In this document: one piece after another, positions 26,221 to 39,504 of the stretch
Layout of the letters: each line of letters starts with the position of its first letter
Numbering within the stretch: the stretch's first letter is position 1
Assembly (NCBI GenBank): GCA_000934665.2
Contig: KZ538551.1
Location: forward strand, 186,001 to 242,656
DNA: 56,656 bases
Direction of reading: 5' to 3'
Origin: Catajapyx aquilonaris
Taxonomy: Eukaryota
Position numbers and translations under genes: made by a program
Notes under the pieces: model-generated
What the model saw: the letters and a program-made list of their open reading frames with translations, nothing else
Databases searched by the model: none
Told to the model about the DNA's origin: nothing

Positions 26221-27120
26221 TCACTGCTAACTTCGCAGTACCAGTGCAGTATAATGATGTACTGCTAAGTTAACAGTAACTAATAGCAGTGGGACGAAAA
26301 TTCCACCCAAATTTTTGTACGGGCGCAACCGAGTGCGCACCACAGTTTGCGCAGCTTGCAGGGTTGGCATTATCATTGATATCTGGTGAACTCTCTGTAT
26401 ACATACTTATTTCCAACGCTACGCTTGGGGGGAAGGGAATGAAAATGGCGACGTCTGCGACGTTGCCAATGCTCTGTAACGAACCTCAGATGGTATACTG
26501 CTGGGGAGTAACTCTTCTGACGACGTTGTCAGAACAGTGGAGCTGTGCGAGTGTGTGTGCTGACTCGGTTGCGCTCATAAAAAAATTAATCTATACCTAG
26601 TAGTTGTCAAAACTTGGCAACACTGCCCAGCCCGGTCCCCAACTTGGACGTAGTACGATGTGGCATAACCAGATGGGGCATAGGGACAAAGGCACTATAA
26701 GACGAACTTTTTACGAGCGCAACCGAGTGCGCACCCACACTCGCGCAAGTCCATTGTTCCTACAACGTTGCCACATTTACTCCTCAGGGGCCACATTCAC
26801 ATCGGTTCGTTCCGGAGCCTTGGCAACGTCGCAAAAGTCGGTCATAATGTTACCCATCAAGCGTAGTGTTGGAAATAATATGCGCGAACTGGGCTGCGCA
26901 CTCGGTTGCGCCCATTTAAAAAATCACATATTAGTAGTAAACCCGCTAGCAAAACTTGGCAACACTTGCTCGCCCCACTTGGACGTAGTGCAGTGCACTG
27001 ACAAAGTGCAGCCACAACCAGATGGCGCCAATATTTGGCAACACTGCCCGGCTCGCCCCCAACTTGGATGTAGTACAGTACAGCCGCAACCACATGGCGC
27101 ATCACGCCTAGCCAATTCTA
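26221..27120. mobile_element. Nested or stacked cluster of MITE families A, B and C
   Basis: In order: A half (26221-26308), B (26311-26591), C fragment (26605-26680), B (26701-26926), two C fragments (26945-27115). Confidence 0.75.
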
Positions 27121-30088
27121 TAGTATACGTGATGTACACAAAAATAAATCCGGCGTGTTGTGAACATTACGGAGGGAGACCGTATACTGTGTATGTGTGT
27201 ACGTGTTTTGTTGACCGGGCTCTTGTAATTGGTGTAAAACGAGAGCGGAATGAAGTACCGTGGGAACTTTTACGTGCACTGACGTCATGAATTGCGGTCT
27301 TTTTCTGCAAGGGGGAGCTCTGGCTGAGTTGTAGAAGAGAGCTAGAGAGAGAGAAGTCGGGATAACTTTCAGTCCAAGGACCCGAAGGACGACGGGGGGG
27401 CACTCTCAGCAACACGTTTCTGCTCACAGAACCGGATTCTCTCTCAACTATTTTTTTATTTATATGTGTATAGGGGCATGCACACGAGCACTTGTGGCAG
27501 ACGTTTGTACGTGGAGTATTTTTATCACTAGCGTAACTGTGTTGGCCATATTCAGCCGGGGGGAAAAATTAGAGTAAATCCAGCAGCAATATTCCTCCAG
27601 TTGTATATGACATGGTTGGAGCTTACAGGTCATCATCTTCTGTTGCGTGTAACCTGACACATCCGGTAATCTAGTGTACGTGTCGACACCTGTGCGGGTA
27701 CAAACCGTTACCAACTTTCAGAAGATTTCATGTAAAAAATGGGACGAATATACACCGAAATCTTGCCACTAACAAATATTTTTCTCACGCGGGTCGCTAT
27801 ATACTTTTTTTAAATGGCATAATCGTCACACCAGTTCAAGATAATCCTACTAAGGAACCATCAAGTGGGGGTACGTCTAGCCAAGAAGAAAATAGAATAT
27901 TCCGTTATTCGAGACAAAGGAAAACCCTCCCTCGAAGGTCAGTCACGAGGTGCCCCGATCCAGCGCGGACCAGTTTATTCTTTCGAAGGGAAAAATTCTT
28001 TTTGGAAGTCTTTTGAACCTCCTGATTCATTTGGGGAGGGTTGCAGCAGCACTTTCATCAAACACAATGGTCTGTTTTTTTTTATTTCAAATAATCTTAT
28101 TCCAAGTGCTTGTCTCTGTGGTGATGTCACACTTGCCCTTAGCAATATTTTATCAGTGGAGATTGCGTCCACTCCAAAGCATTCCAAGGATTGTGTGATG
28201 GGAAGATGAAGACCTTCCATTGTTGGCACGCGCTGGGATCAAAGAACCTAATAGGGCGCGATAAGCCGGGAAGATTTCTTGTTTACCAACAGTGCTGGAC
28301 AATTTAGTGGTGACCGCCACGAGCAATTGGCGGCAAAAGAGCGAATTGACATTACCGGATGACCACCTTCATTTCATCCTAAATGAAGGTGGTCATCCAG
28401 AGGCAACTTTCTATTCGCTCTTCTGCCGCCATAGGCTCGTGGCGCCCCAAGTACGACGCCATTCGTTACACTGTGTAATAATGTTAGATTTAGGCATATT
28501 ATGTGGAGGAACATGCTAGAGAGCACTACTCCTTTCCCCCCNCCCCCCGAAACCTTATGACGCTTCGGACCTAATTATAGGCGTCTATTTTGTGCGTCGG
28601 TCTAATTATAAACCCAACTTTTGGGAGGCTGCGGCTGTGGTGACTTTTTGGTTTTGGAAGAACTGTCTGAATAAGCTCCATGTGGACTTACATCATCTAA
28701 TCTAGAGCCTTATCAGCTTAAGTTATGTAACGCAATTTTTTTTCCGCCTCACACTGACCAAACGTGTATGGTTAACAGGCAGTGTGTTGGACCAACATGT
28801 GTCGTTTTAGAGCGACATATGTCCGTTACCTGTCCATAAATCAGCACGATTTTTACGATGTCCTGACCAGTGTTGGCTACCATATGGCACAATATCAGTA
28901 TGACTCATTCTGACGTCCAAGGAAAAGTCAGAGCCTCGGACACGTAAGTCGCAAATAATTTTTGCACATATGACGCGTGCAGTGTTGTTCAACCCAGCAA
29001 CCGGAGTGTAAGTACAGCAAGTGTACTACCCGACTGACATAGTTCACGGTCTTGGGCTTCACAGACAAATTCAGTTACGCGAATCCTTTTAACTGGAAAG
29101 GTAGATGACCCCTTCTGACTTTTGCATCGGGCTGGATTTTTCTATTATTCAGCTTCACAACCCTACGAGCCACACTGCAACCATCCAGGGTGACGTCAAC
29201 ATGTGACGTTTCCACACCGGTGTTGGCACACACTGCATTCCAAGCGCCCCTTTGAAGCCGCCTTGTGTTGTGTGTGTGTGTGTGTACATAAAACATACAC
29301 ACGAACAATACGCAGGTCGTGAGCATGGTGCACTGACTGCACTAACCTGATGCCCCACAGTACAGTAAAAGTACGCATCACGGTCATGAAACACTCATCA
29401 TGAAACAAAAGCATGAATGTTAGACGAATGTTATAGTCACAGAAAAATAGCCTCGTGTAAAGACACTGTACAGGCGAAAGTGCATTATTTTCAACAATGC
29501 ACCTAATTGGAACAAATGTATAAAAGTAAACCAGCAGTTTGTCACGAGTATGACCGGACCAATATTTATATCTGCATTGACCACATTTTTTGAACATTTA
29601 TTTTTCTGCGGAAAATTTACGGGGACTGTTCAGATCGCTTCATATTTCAATACCCTCTCATCGTATAACTTATTTTATTGGCACGCAACGGCTTAGCAGT
29701 AGTTATAAATTATTTCGAGCACTGCTCAAGTCGGCACAAATCCGATTGTTCGCCCGGCCATCCAACTCCCAATGAAATTATCTTTTAAATTCATTTTACA
29801 TTTACCTATTATAGCTCTGAGAGAGGTATAGGATAAGCATCATGGAAAAGCACTCTGATTCAACCTTGAATGAGTGACTTCCTGTCACCTCCAAGGCATC
29901 TAGGGGCGATAGTAGAGCCAAAGGAGGAAACGGCGTCAGACACACACATGCAGGTAAAGGCGGCTTCAGGCGAGCTCAGCAAAGGCGGAAGTGGTGAAGG
30001 ACAACCAGAGCTGCCCCGAGGTTGCTGCTGGCTAGCTTTGTGCTTATCAGCAATGGGTGCTCATTGCCTTTAAAAAAAATAGCAGCCA

Positions 30089-30296
30089 GATGAATTTTAT
30101 TTACGAGCGCAACCGAGTGCGCACCACAGTTCACGCAGCTTGCGCTGGACGTATTTCCAACGCTACGCTTGGGGAGAACAAGATGGCTGACGTTTGCGAC
30201 GTTGCCAAAAAGCCTGGAACGGGATTTGAATTTGGAAACGTTGCCACAACAGCTGCGCGAGTGTGGGTGCGCACTGAGCTTGTAAAAAAATTCATC
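30089..30296. mobile_element. MITE family B
   Basis: TIR GATGAATTTT..TACGAGCGCAACCGAGTGCGCAC ... GTGCGCACT..G.TTGTAAAAAAATTCATC. Related copies at 14255-14570, 26311-26591, 26701-26926 and 25398-25465 (partial); internal fragment at 24720-24782. Confidence 0.8.
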
Positions 30297-33200
30297 AATG
30301 GCTATACATATCGATGCGGGGGATTCCCCAAGAGGGATTCCACACCTGTTACGCCACTAGTTTCGACCGAGTGGCGGCGGGCCGACATTAAGCAAATATA
30401 ATTATGCCAGTTAGCACCCCCTGCAGACATCCGATCTGTCTTCAATCAAAATGGTGATACAAACGGGGGGGGGCTTTAGAGTTTAGATTCCCCAACGCCC
30501 CGATCCTGTTTTGATTATTCACAGTGCATCAGCACCCTACTACACCACAAGCTCATGTTATTCATTACTCAAGAACTGTACTCTCCAGCTGCTGGCAGCG
30601 CTCTTATCGGACTGGTTACGACGTCCCTTCCAAATCGCTGACAATGGCCCACCGCACGGGAGGGTTACTCAACCTCATCATCATAAATAATTATATCAGC
30701 ACGATGATACACACCCTAGGGTTTTCCCCCTATGGAAATTGACCTGTTTGCAGACAAGGATTGCTCACTCTAGCAACCCCCTGGCAGGTTGTACAGTCGT
30801 GGAAATGGTAGCAGACCTGAAGCTTCAAATTAGCCTCCAAGTAGAGAGGCCCTCCGGATGCCCACCTTCATCAATCAAAGAGTAAGGTAGCAGACCTGAA
30901 TCTCACTAAGTGAAGGTGGTCATACGAGGCAAATTTGAGCTTCAGGTCTGCTACCTTACTCATTTCCGCGCAGCTTCTAATGGACTGGGGCAGTATCGCA
31001 CCACATCCGTTTGTATCGTGCCTGAAGAGCTGACGCATCTCCGGTATGCGAAAATAAACATCTTCTGATGGTAAAGGTCACGTGTAGCAGCCTGACAAAA
31101 AGGAGGGGTCCTTGGAGTCCACCTTTCGCCAAAAATCCGCCCCGTAGGACAACTTGTCCCACTCCTTCCTCACTCTCCAAGAATGCAGGGACCCAAATCG
31201 GTCCTCTGAATGGACCCAAACGACGAGCCAAGAGGAGTCTCACGGGGCCATTCAAATAAACCACTGGGCCTTCCACAACACAACCTCTTGCTCTTCCAAC
31301 CGCATGTAGTTTGCGAAAGAAGGAAAGAAGAAAAAAAAAGAATTCGCAACCAGGGCGTGACAGTGACTTCCTTGGTCGCAAGGACAATGATCCCAGTGCT
31401 AAAAGTGGGTCTGTTGTCGACTGTCGCAGGGTCACACTCAAATCGATGGACAAAATTACTCTAATGATTCAGAATCACCAAATAAAAGGCTTCCCAATTC
31501 AATATTGTGTGTGGTTCGTAATGAACTGCGTGACACTTCTTGGTTGTCAAGGAGAACCAATCATGGCTCCAGCTTCCTGTTGGCACATCCGTTCAACCGA
31601 GATTATCATCCCCTATTGGGAGGTTTGACAGCGGATGTTATATGCGTGGATTATTATTGAATCTACGAGCCCCCTTCCTGCTCTTATTATTATTATTTTT
31701 TTTAATGCCCTGGGCAGGGTGGTCCACTGCCCAAGATTGTTCACTCCACAGCATTTTAATTTTAAAAACGCACATGGTCATAAACCATTGCATGAAAGTC
31801 CACCGAGTTTTATTTACTGTCCCACGAAAATTCATGCACTTATTAGGGAACAATGGGGACCTAAAGCATAATTATTCTGCAAACCCATGTAAAAAAATCG
31901 TCATTATTTTAAAATTAATTTTGATGTGTTTTTGTTTGAAGAAATATGCATTAGTTTTCGAGCTATGGTCGATCAAAGATCATATTAATTATACGGTATC
32001 GTATTGCCCTCTGACGTCACTGCGGCTAAACAGATCGGTGCAGAGGCAGGAACACACCCGAGCTGATTTGTTCCTTTGCTTTGTTTGCGCTTTGTTGGGG
32101 CCCCTAACAACAGAACCAAACGACCGCCAGTAAAGCAGGTGCACCGGTCTGTTTATGAAACGTATACCGGTACGTCACTTACTGTTGTAACTATCATCAG
32201 GCAGGAATCGCAATGCGCCCGTTAGACCACACCCTCTTTTCCCCCCGCCAATTTGAATGACTTTTAAATCCACGATCATTTATCGAGCATTTTAGTGCTG
32301 AAAAGTGGTGGAATACGTGTTTACAGGTAGTTTCCCAAATCCCAGACCAACGCAAGGACTCCCTTGTAACTTGTGACATGGTCTTCCCGACCACCCTGTG
32401 CTTCCCCCCTCTTCATGTATTATACGGCCATTAATTAATTAGCCGTGATGATTGGGGTACCTCATTTACTATACCTGCGTGCTCATTTTCTCTTATCGGC
32501 ACCCTCATGCAATTAGGTTTCATTAGCTCCTCATTATATCTGCACGGAACAATTTTTTCGCAAATATTTCGCCAACTATTTTTCAGTAAGCGCAAGATTT
32601 TTTAAAGGAACATCAGCTGATTGCGTGGGCGTACGTTGAAGGTTGGTACGTGGGTGTTGCGTAGGTCGAGCAACGGAGATTATGTGGGAGAGACTCTTCA
32701 AGCGGGATTTCCTGTCACCAGTTTGCAGTGTTGCGTTCTCGCAAAATAAAATTCCCCATAACACCTCCATTTATTTTGCATCCCGCAGTTTTCACTTAGG
32801 CAATCAGGATCTCAAATTTAAAAATAACATATTTACATCCTCTACACTTGGTTAGCACACATTATGTTGACATTGGATGACTTGCAAAATCTGATCAGGA
32901 TGACCGTAATAATTTTCCCCTCCTGCTCTCTCTGAATTGAGCATAATAGAATCGAGAAGCTAATGTGTCATCCAGGAGCAAGATAAGAGGTGGGGGGGAC
33001 ACAAGGGGACAGGGGTACACAGAGGGGGGTTTAAAGTACAAAAGATGAGTCATTGAGCAAGGGGAAAGATGGGGTCGTACTGATGGGGGAGGACACACAA
33101 GAGAGAAAAAAAGACGCGGATTTTCCCCTCGTCATATGCGTCACTGAGGATTCAGAGGGCGAATATTGTAGAGAAAAAGGGGGGGGGGGGATGGATTAAC

Positions 33201-33865
33201 CACCTCCATGACGTACTTTGGTTGTGCGGCCTGCATTAATCACTTACGTTAATTAAGTTTCCAGAAAAGAACCCATGTTCGCACCTCCTTTCCCTGTAGG
33301 GAATCATGTCTACTCCATTACTTTTAATTCTGGTGCCGGATTAGCACTACTTAGTCGCTCCTTCACTCGTGGTTTTGGTTCATTTGTCCAAAGATTTACT
33401 GTCAATTTGGGTGTTGATTTTAATAATGCAACTGTGTATAGGGTCCTAACAAAAATAAGGAAATATGGATCACCAATGCTAATTTAATCGCGGTTTGAAA
33501 CAGATTGAAAAATATCTGAATTTGTCTAAGTAAAAAAAAAACTGTTTTCGGCTACCTAATATGTAAATTTCAGGGGGATTGTTAAATTTTGCTAATGTCA
33601 ACAAAAGCTGAATAATGCATCTACCTACCGAATTTTCATTTTTGTTTCTATGAGAGTTTGGCAATAATTTTATGCCCGTTTTGGTGCCAATTTTTCATCG
33701 AACCCATCATCGCCTTGGATTTTACTAATTTAATTGCGGTTTGAAACTTGTTATCCACATATGAAAAGTTCCTTAATTTTTCTAAATGAAAAAAAGATAT
33801 ACGTATGTCATCAAAATATTGTCGCGTATTAAAAAAGTAAAAAAAAAAATTAATAAATTTATTTT

Positions 33866-34090
33866 GGGGCGACATAGTGGTCCCAAGTTCGAACCCCTGA
33901 TCGGACAGGGTAACTTCATATGTGGATAGAGTTTCGATGGGTTCTCTCCGTGTTCATGTGGGTTTTCTCGGGGTTCACTCCAATCACTCGTTTCCTCCCA
34001 ATATCAAAATCCATCACACCGCAGGCAGTGATTAAAGACGGTTTGACACGAAAAGATGATCCCCCTAAGAGGCCTATCACGGATTTATCA
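33866..34090 (+). mobile_element. Degenerate tRNA-derived SINE with V-SINE-like central domain
   Basis: B-box GTTCGAACCC near 33887, followed by GTGGGTTTTCTC.GGG...GTTTCCTCCCA. 3' part GAAAAGA...CCCCCT...GCCTATCACGGAT is shared with 42823-42862. Confidence 0.55.
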
Positions 34091-34273
34091 ACTGAACAGA
34101 AGTGACATCCATTACCTGTCAAATTTTAATTAAATATAATTACGTATGTATCGTATGAGTTTGACAATTTCATACCCGTTTTGTGACAAATTTTTTCATC
34201 GATCCCGCCACATCCTTGGAGCACAAAATGTCCCGCAAAAAAAAGGTCATGGGCCACCCCATCACGAGGCTAA

Positions 34274-34387
34274 GGGGTTGAATTTTCGTCTCACTGCTAG
34301 TTATACTTCTAACTTATAGAAGTACTGTTGCCAAAGCTGGTACTGCTAAGTTAGCAGTAACTAACAGTGGGACGAAAATTCCACCCC
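34274..34387. mobile_element. MITE family A copy
   Basis: GGGGTTGAATTTTCGTCTCACTGCTAG ... CAGTGGGACGAAAATTCCACCCC. Confidence 0.85.
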
Positions 34388-35713
34388 TGGCGTTTAGTGC
34401 CCATTTTGGTACCCATTATTTTCTGAAGTGCATCCCACTCTTGGCGCCCCTCAAAAATGCCCTGCTGGGCTCTGGAATAAACCCGACGACGGTCTCCCCG
34501 AGTAAATTTCTGGTGGGTGGGTGTGTGTGTACAAGTTTATCGATATCGATTGCGCGTGCGGCAGGAAATAGCGTGTAGGAGAAATAAAACTTGTCCATAC
34601 AGTGGGAGAGGAGAGGGGTTGGCGCGAAATGAGGTTTCGGCACTGAGAGGCTAGGAAGCTCCAATAGTGACGTAAATCCCCCGGACAATCTCTATAGAGG
34701 AGTAAACCGCGTGGGTGTTCACGCCTGGGTGTTTTGTGCGTGGGCGTACAGGCCCACCTACTCTTAATGTTTTTTTTTTTACAAAAAACTCCTATTTTAG
34801 GTGCGAAGATCGTGAGAATGAAGAGGCCGGATATTACCGACAAAAGGCCAGTTATAAGGCTAGTGACCCTCAGACTTATTGCACTACGTAGTAGACGATG
34901 ACGTACGAATCATAAATAGATTCGGATTCGATAAAAAGTACACAAAATATTGCACTGCTCGAACAAAGCAACAATATCATAATCTATTGAAAACATATAT
35001 CGCAAACAGCCATTAAATTTTTTTTTTAAAAACAAAACAGAACAAGAGAAATTTTATATTGAAACTGACCTCTCGAAAAATTGAAATTTGAAAGTATGAC
35101 ATACGTACAGGCGGTATAGATTTGTACTTTTAAAACATCGACTGCACGATAAAAATATCGCTCTCGTGTTCGATATGTCGGAATGCCGTCATGTTCTACA
35201 TATCGAAAATATCAATACCACGTTCGATATGCTGCAATGTTATGGTCCATATATCGATATCATGTTCGGTAAGTTGAAATATCGTGTTTTATGCATTGAA
35301 ATTCCTATGTCATGCTGCAATGTCATGTTTCTTATCTCGATATCCTGCAATGTCATGTTCCAGAAATCGACATAATGTTCGATAATATGTTGAAATATGC
35401 TCCATATCGATATCATGTTATATATTTCGAGAAATCATTTTTAAATATACAAAATATCGCTCTCATGTTCGATTAGCCGAAATATCATGTTCGAAATATC
35501 AATATCACGTTTGATATATACTGCAATGTCATGTTCAATATCTCAATGTAATGTTGGAAATGTTGAAATATATTTCATATGTCAATATATTCAATGTGTT
35601 GAAATATGCTCTACATCAACATGGATATCATGTTCGATATGGCCTAATGTCGCGTTTCACATACCTTATCGCTATCTAGTTAGATATGTTGAAGTATCCT
35701 CTATATCAATATC

Positions 35714-36025
35714 ATGTTCGACATATCGACAATAATTTTAACGATACGAAATATCGACCTGATGTTCGATATATCGACAATAATTTTACAGATACGAAAT
35801 ATCGACCTGATGTTCGATATATCGAAAATAATTTTAACGATACGAAATATCGACCTGCTGTTCGATATATCGAAAATAATTTTAACGATACGAAATATCG
35901 ACCTGCTGTTCGATATATCGAAAATAATTTTACAGATACGAAACATCGACCTGATGTTCGATATATCGAAAATAATTTTAACGATACGAAATATCGACCT
36001 GATATTCGATACATCGAAATATCGT
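35714..36025. repeat. 48-bp minisatellite, about 6 copies, preceded by a degenerate TCGATAT-rich tract (35130-35713)
   Basis: Unit GTTCGATATATCGAAAATAATTTTAACGATACGAAATATCGACCTGAT; explains the 16-aa periodic ORFs on both strands. Confidence 0.92.
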
Positions 36026-36139
36026 ACATAAGTGCCCGAGGAAGTGCCAGACGAAGAGGGTATAATACGATACAATGCCATCCAGTGGTGTACGTACCAT
36101 AGGAGGTCAGAATGACCTATGGTCCATCCCGTAGACTAC

Positions 36140-36410
36140 GAACCCCGCTACGTCATAAACCCTGGGCGTGCCCATGTTTTAAATATGAGTATGGCCCTGC
36201 CTATAAAGGTCATTGCACATCCTTGACGTCACGGTGCGGTGGGCGGGCGGGAAATGGCCCAGCTGTAAAAGCCCTGCTGCTGCAAGAGCGTGCTTTTGCC
36301 TGCGTCTCTCCCCATGAAAGGCAATCCCTCCCCAAACAGCAGTAGTACTCCAGCCATGCAAATGACGTGCTGCTTCCACGCATGACGCCTGCACATTACG
36401 TTACTTCCCG
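36140..36410. promoter_or_regulatory. Candidate SRF/CREB enhancer downstream of IER
   Basis: Perfect CArG CCTATAAAGG at 36200-36209, CRE at 36224-36231, half-CREs near 36149 and 36363, GC box GGGCGG near 36241. Confidence 0.55.
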
Positions 36411-37049
36411 CCACTCTCCTCCCTCCCCCCCTGCCCCATTCACGGATCCATGTCACAACCCACCCCTCCCTTTAACACACAGAGAGTTGTACTACGACTA
36501 CTACTGAGCGCTACTAAAGCCTGCCAGCCACCTGATCCTATCCGGTATTTGCTTATTTGGCAGCCGGCGGCAAGGCTCAGACGGCCCCTGTGTCAATTTT
36601 CAGACCCGTCATAACATGACCGTGAGAGAATTCGCTCTCTCTCTAACTTGTTGATGACTCCCGGTTTTTGCCAAGCGCAAGTGCACCACTGCGCTGTCCA
36701 TCAGTATATCCTTTGGCAACGGTGCCATTGTCGGCTTTTTTGCTTCTTTCTTCCCCCACCTTCCATCAAATGACTCGTCGATCAAATGATGTCATGGTGT
36801 TGGAGGGGGTTTGATATCCTGACTAGTTATTAGTCATTGCGACGAGTCATTAGGTTTTAAAATCATCCTACTAATCCGCTTATTCTCTCCGTCTGCTTAT
36901 TTTTATAGGCCCCGTGGACGCCCCAGGTAGTAGTATAGAGCTTTCACTTTCCCCGAAGTTCAACAATTAGAGGATATAATTATGTCGGTCAGTTAGGGTG
37001 GGACCCACTTCAATGGAGGCGAGACACGCGCTGGGTATAGCCAACCTGG

Positions 37050-37350
37050 TGGGCTTTGTCCACGCGGTGACTCATCACCAACGTGCATGTAGTACTACTG
37101 GCTCCCTGAGAGTGGCAGGAGTGTGGAGAGGTAGTAGACGCCACAGCTTTCACTTGTCCTCTAATTGTTGGACGGGGAAAGTATATCGCCCTGGTGGACT
37201 TTGCTTAGCGACTCATCACCAGTGTGCATGTAGTACTACTTTCACCCTGAGAGTGGCAGTAGTGTGCAGCCTGTGCGCCAACTGGTAGTGGCATATCGTA
37301 CTACGTCCCAAGTGGAGGGTGGGCCAGGCGGTGTTGCTAAAATTTGGCAA
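37050..37350. mobile_element. Family C copy with internal duplication
   Basis: GACTCATCACCA.GTGCATGTAGTACTACT..CCCTGAGAGTGGCAG occurs twice (about 37069 and 37210); matches 11590-11740. Confidence 0.75.
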
Positions 37351-39504
37351 CGAGTCCGCTACTATAGTACACTGTATAAAGAAAGGTACCTAGGGTGATG
37401 TGTCCCAACTCCAGCAACAATGCGTTGTGACATGGGAGGGAAAAGTCTTGATTATTTCGAGCAGGGCTGCCCGCTTTCTCCTCCTTGCGTTTCGAGGTGA
37501 TGAGAAGAGATTATTGGCCTCCATTGGCCTCCCTCTGAGCCCCCAGAAGGGAGAAAACTCTGTCTTGTCCCCTCCCCAACACCATCAGAAAGTGTCAGTC
37601 TGGCCTCCTAGAAACAAGAGGGAAAGTGTGGTGGGGCCCTCCAGAGAGAGTTTTCACCTGCAATTAGTGTGTAAAAGGTGGTCTCCTCATTATCCTTGCA
37701 CTTGGCCCTGCTTTTCACTCCCACACTGGGTGTGTGTGTGTGTGCACGATCCACATACCCAGCTAGGGTTGAAGAATAGATGAGGGGGGACCTATTTTTG
37801 GTGGGGGGAATAGTGGACAGGTGACGTCACCCCAAGGGCAAGGTCTATGCCCTATTTGGCTCCCCCTCACACGGGGAGGCTGCAGATTCCCACCATCTGG
37901 AGAGAGAGAGAGAGAGAGAGAGAAGCTGGGACTATTTTCTCTCCCCATCCCCTCCAGAGCTGGCTGGCACCCTCCAAGCAATGAATCACTGAGTGACTCA
38001 CAACACAGAAACACCCCCCAACTTTTATCGATCTACTAATAGTCATCCCCTTCCCACAGAAGCTCCATCATAATTCCATCAACAAATTGGACACTATTTG
38101 TTTCAAAAAACAAAATCAGCAACATATTTTTAACACATTTCTTTTTATTCATGATTCTCGTCTATCAGACCCCTGACTCTTAAAACAGAGCTCTTTACAT
38201 TCACGAGTAACACCTTCGCTGTACAATTGTGCTGAGATTACACACATTGGACACTTCATACATTATGTACATTTTTTTTTAAAGGTGTAGGTAAGTAATA
38301 CGGGTAAAGCCCGGTGTTGTACGGTCAATTTACTCGGGTCAAGACGAAGCATTTGGATGCTTATTGCGAAAATTTGGACATGTAAAATGTACAAATCACG
38401 TGTGGAAAAAGAAGGAAGCTGCAAAAAGGGGCGCTTTTGGGTCGCGCCATCTTTTCAAAGTTATGTCGCAGGGGAAGGGTGTTGACAACAGTTAATTGAC
38501 CGGGCTACAGGGCTTTAACTTAAAAAAAAAACCACTGATAATGACCCAATGAACACATGCTACAAAAATGTGGAAGAAAATAACTCTTGTTGAGCATTAC
38601 ACTTGTTCTCTGTTTAAGTTAAATCCTGATGTCTGCAGTACAATAGTTTATCACAACCTGCACGGCTTTTTTTTAAAACCCCCCCCAGAAACATAATGCA
38701 GATCTTGTATAGGAAAAAAAAATATTTAAAAAAACATGTTGGGCCAAAATCAAATAGGTTGCTGTTTCAGTGAAAAATACTTTTTGTGTTGGCAGGCAAG
38801 CGCCAAAATCCTCTAGGAACATTACTCATCCGATGGTGAAAACACTCTTCCTAACCCATGCAGCACTTGCCGCATTAAATAATCAGAACAAATCAAATGG
38901 TCCGCTGGAAGTCATACCAGGACACAAGCACACGAAATTTTGAGCCATGCACTCCAATCCTAACCAGCCGCAAATCCAAAAATCTTTCTATACATTACTT
39001 TTTTCCTCTCATCATGATCGCCAGTTACCTGGGATGGTTAAGCAACAGTGCACGAGATCACAAAAAAACTATATACCATTTCTTCTCTCTCTTTCGAATA
39101 AACAAATTAAAAATCAAACTCCACAGCCACTTTTTCAAAACAAGTACACGATTAATAACTTACTTCCCAAAAATAAAGGAAAAAAAAGGCATATCGTCCA
39201 GGCCACATGTTTTGCACCCTCTGTACATTTTGTACCACTGATCAACCAAAAAAAGAGGACATCCTGAGATTGTTTAAGGTGCTTATTTGTGGTACAGGGG
39301 GTTTTGTTTGCTGGACATGATCGGTTGGTCAATTTCTTTGTGCTGGGACGGTTGGGGGGATGTAGGTATGGGAGGGGGAAAAAACTTCCTATCCTGCACC
39401 TCTCTCTCACACACAATCCTCACGCACACATTATTTGGTACAATCCTCTTTTTTTAAAAAAAAGTTTAAACAAAACCTATTTACAGTCCAAGGGACCCTT
39501 GGGG

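Noticed and set aside
26604..27290. 228-aa ORF
   Set aside because: Runs through stacked MITEs, has a non-ATG start and shows no recognisable domain.
30977..32133. Cluster of overlapping 100-200 aa ORFs
   Set aside because: No domain similarity and they include homopolymer runs; consistent with chance ORFs.
35686..36102. Repetitive ORFs on both strands and a CRISPR-like appearance
   Set aside because: Pure 48-bp tandem repeat with no unique spacers and no cas genes, in eukaryotic DNA; ORFs stay open because the unit is a multiple of 3.
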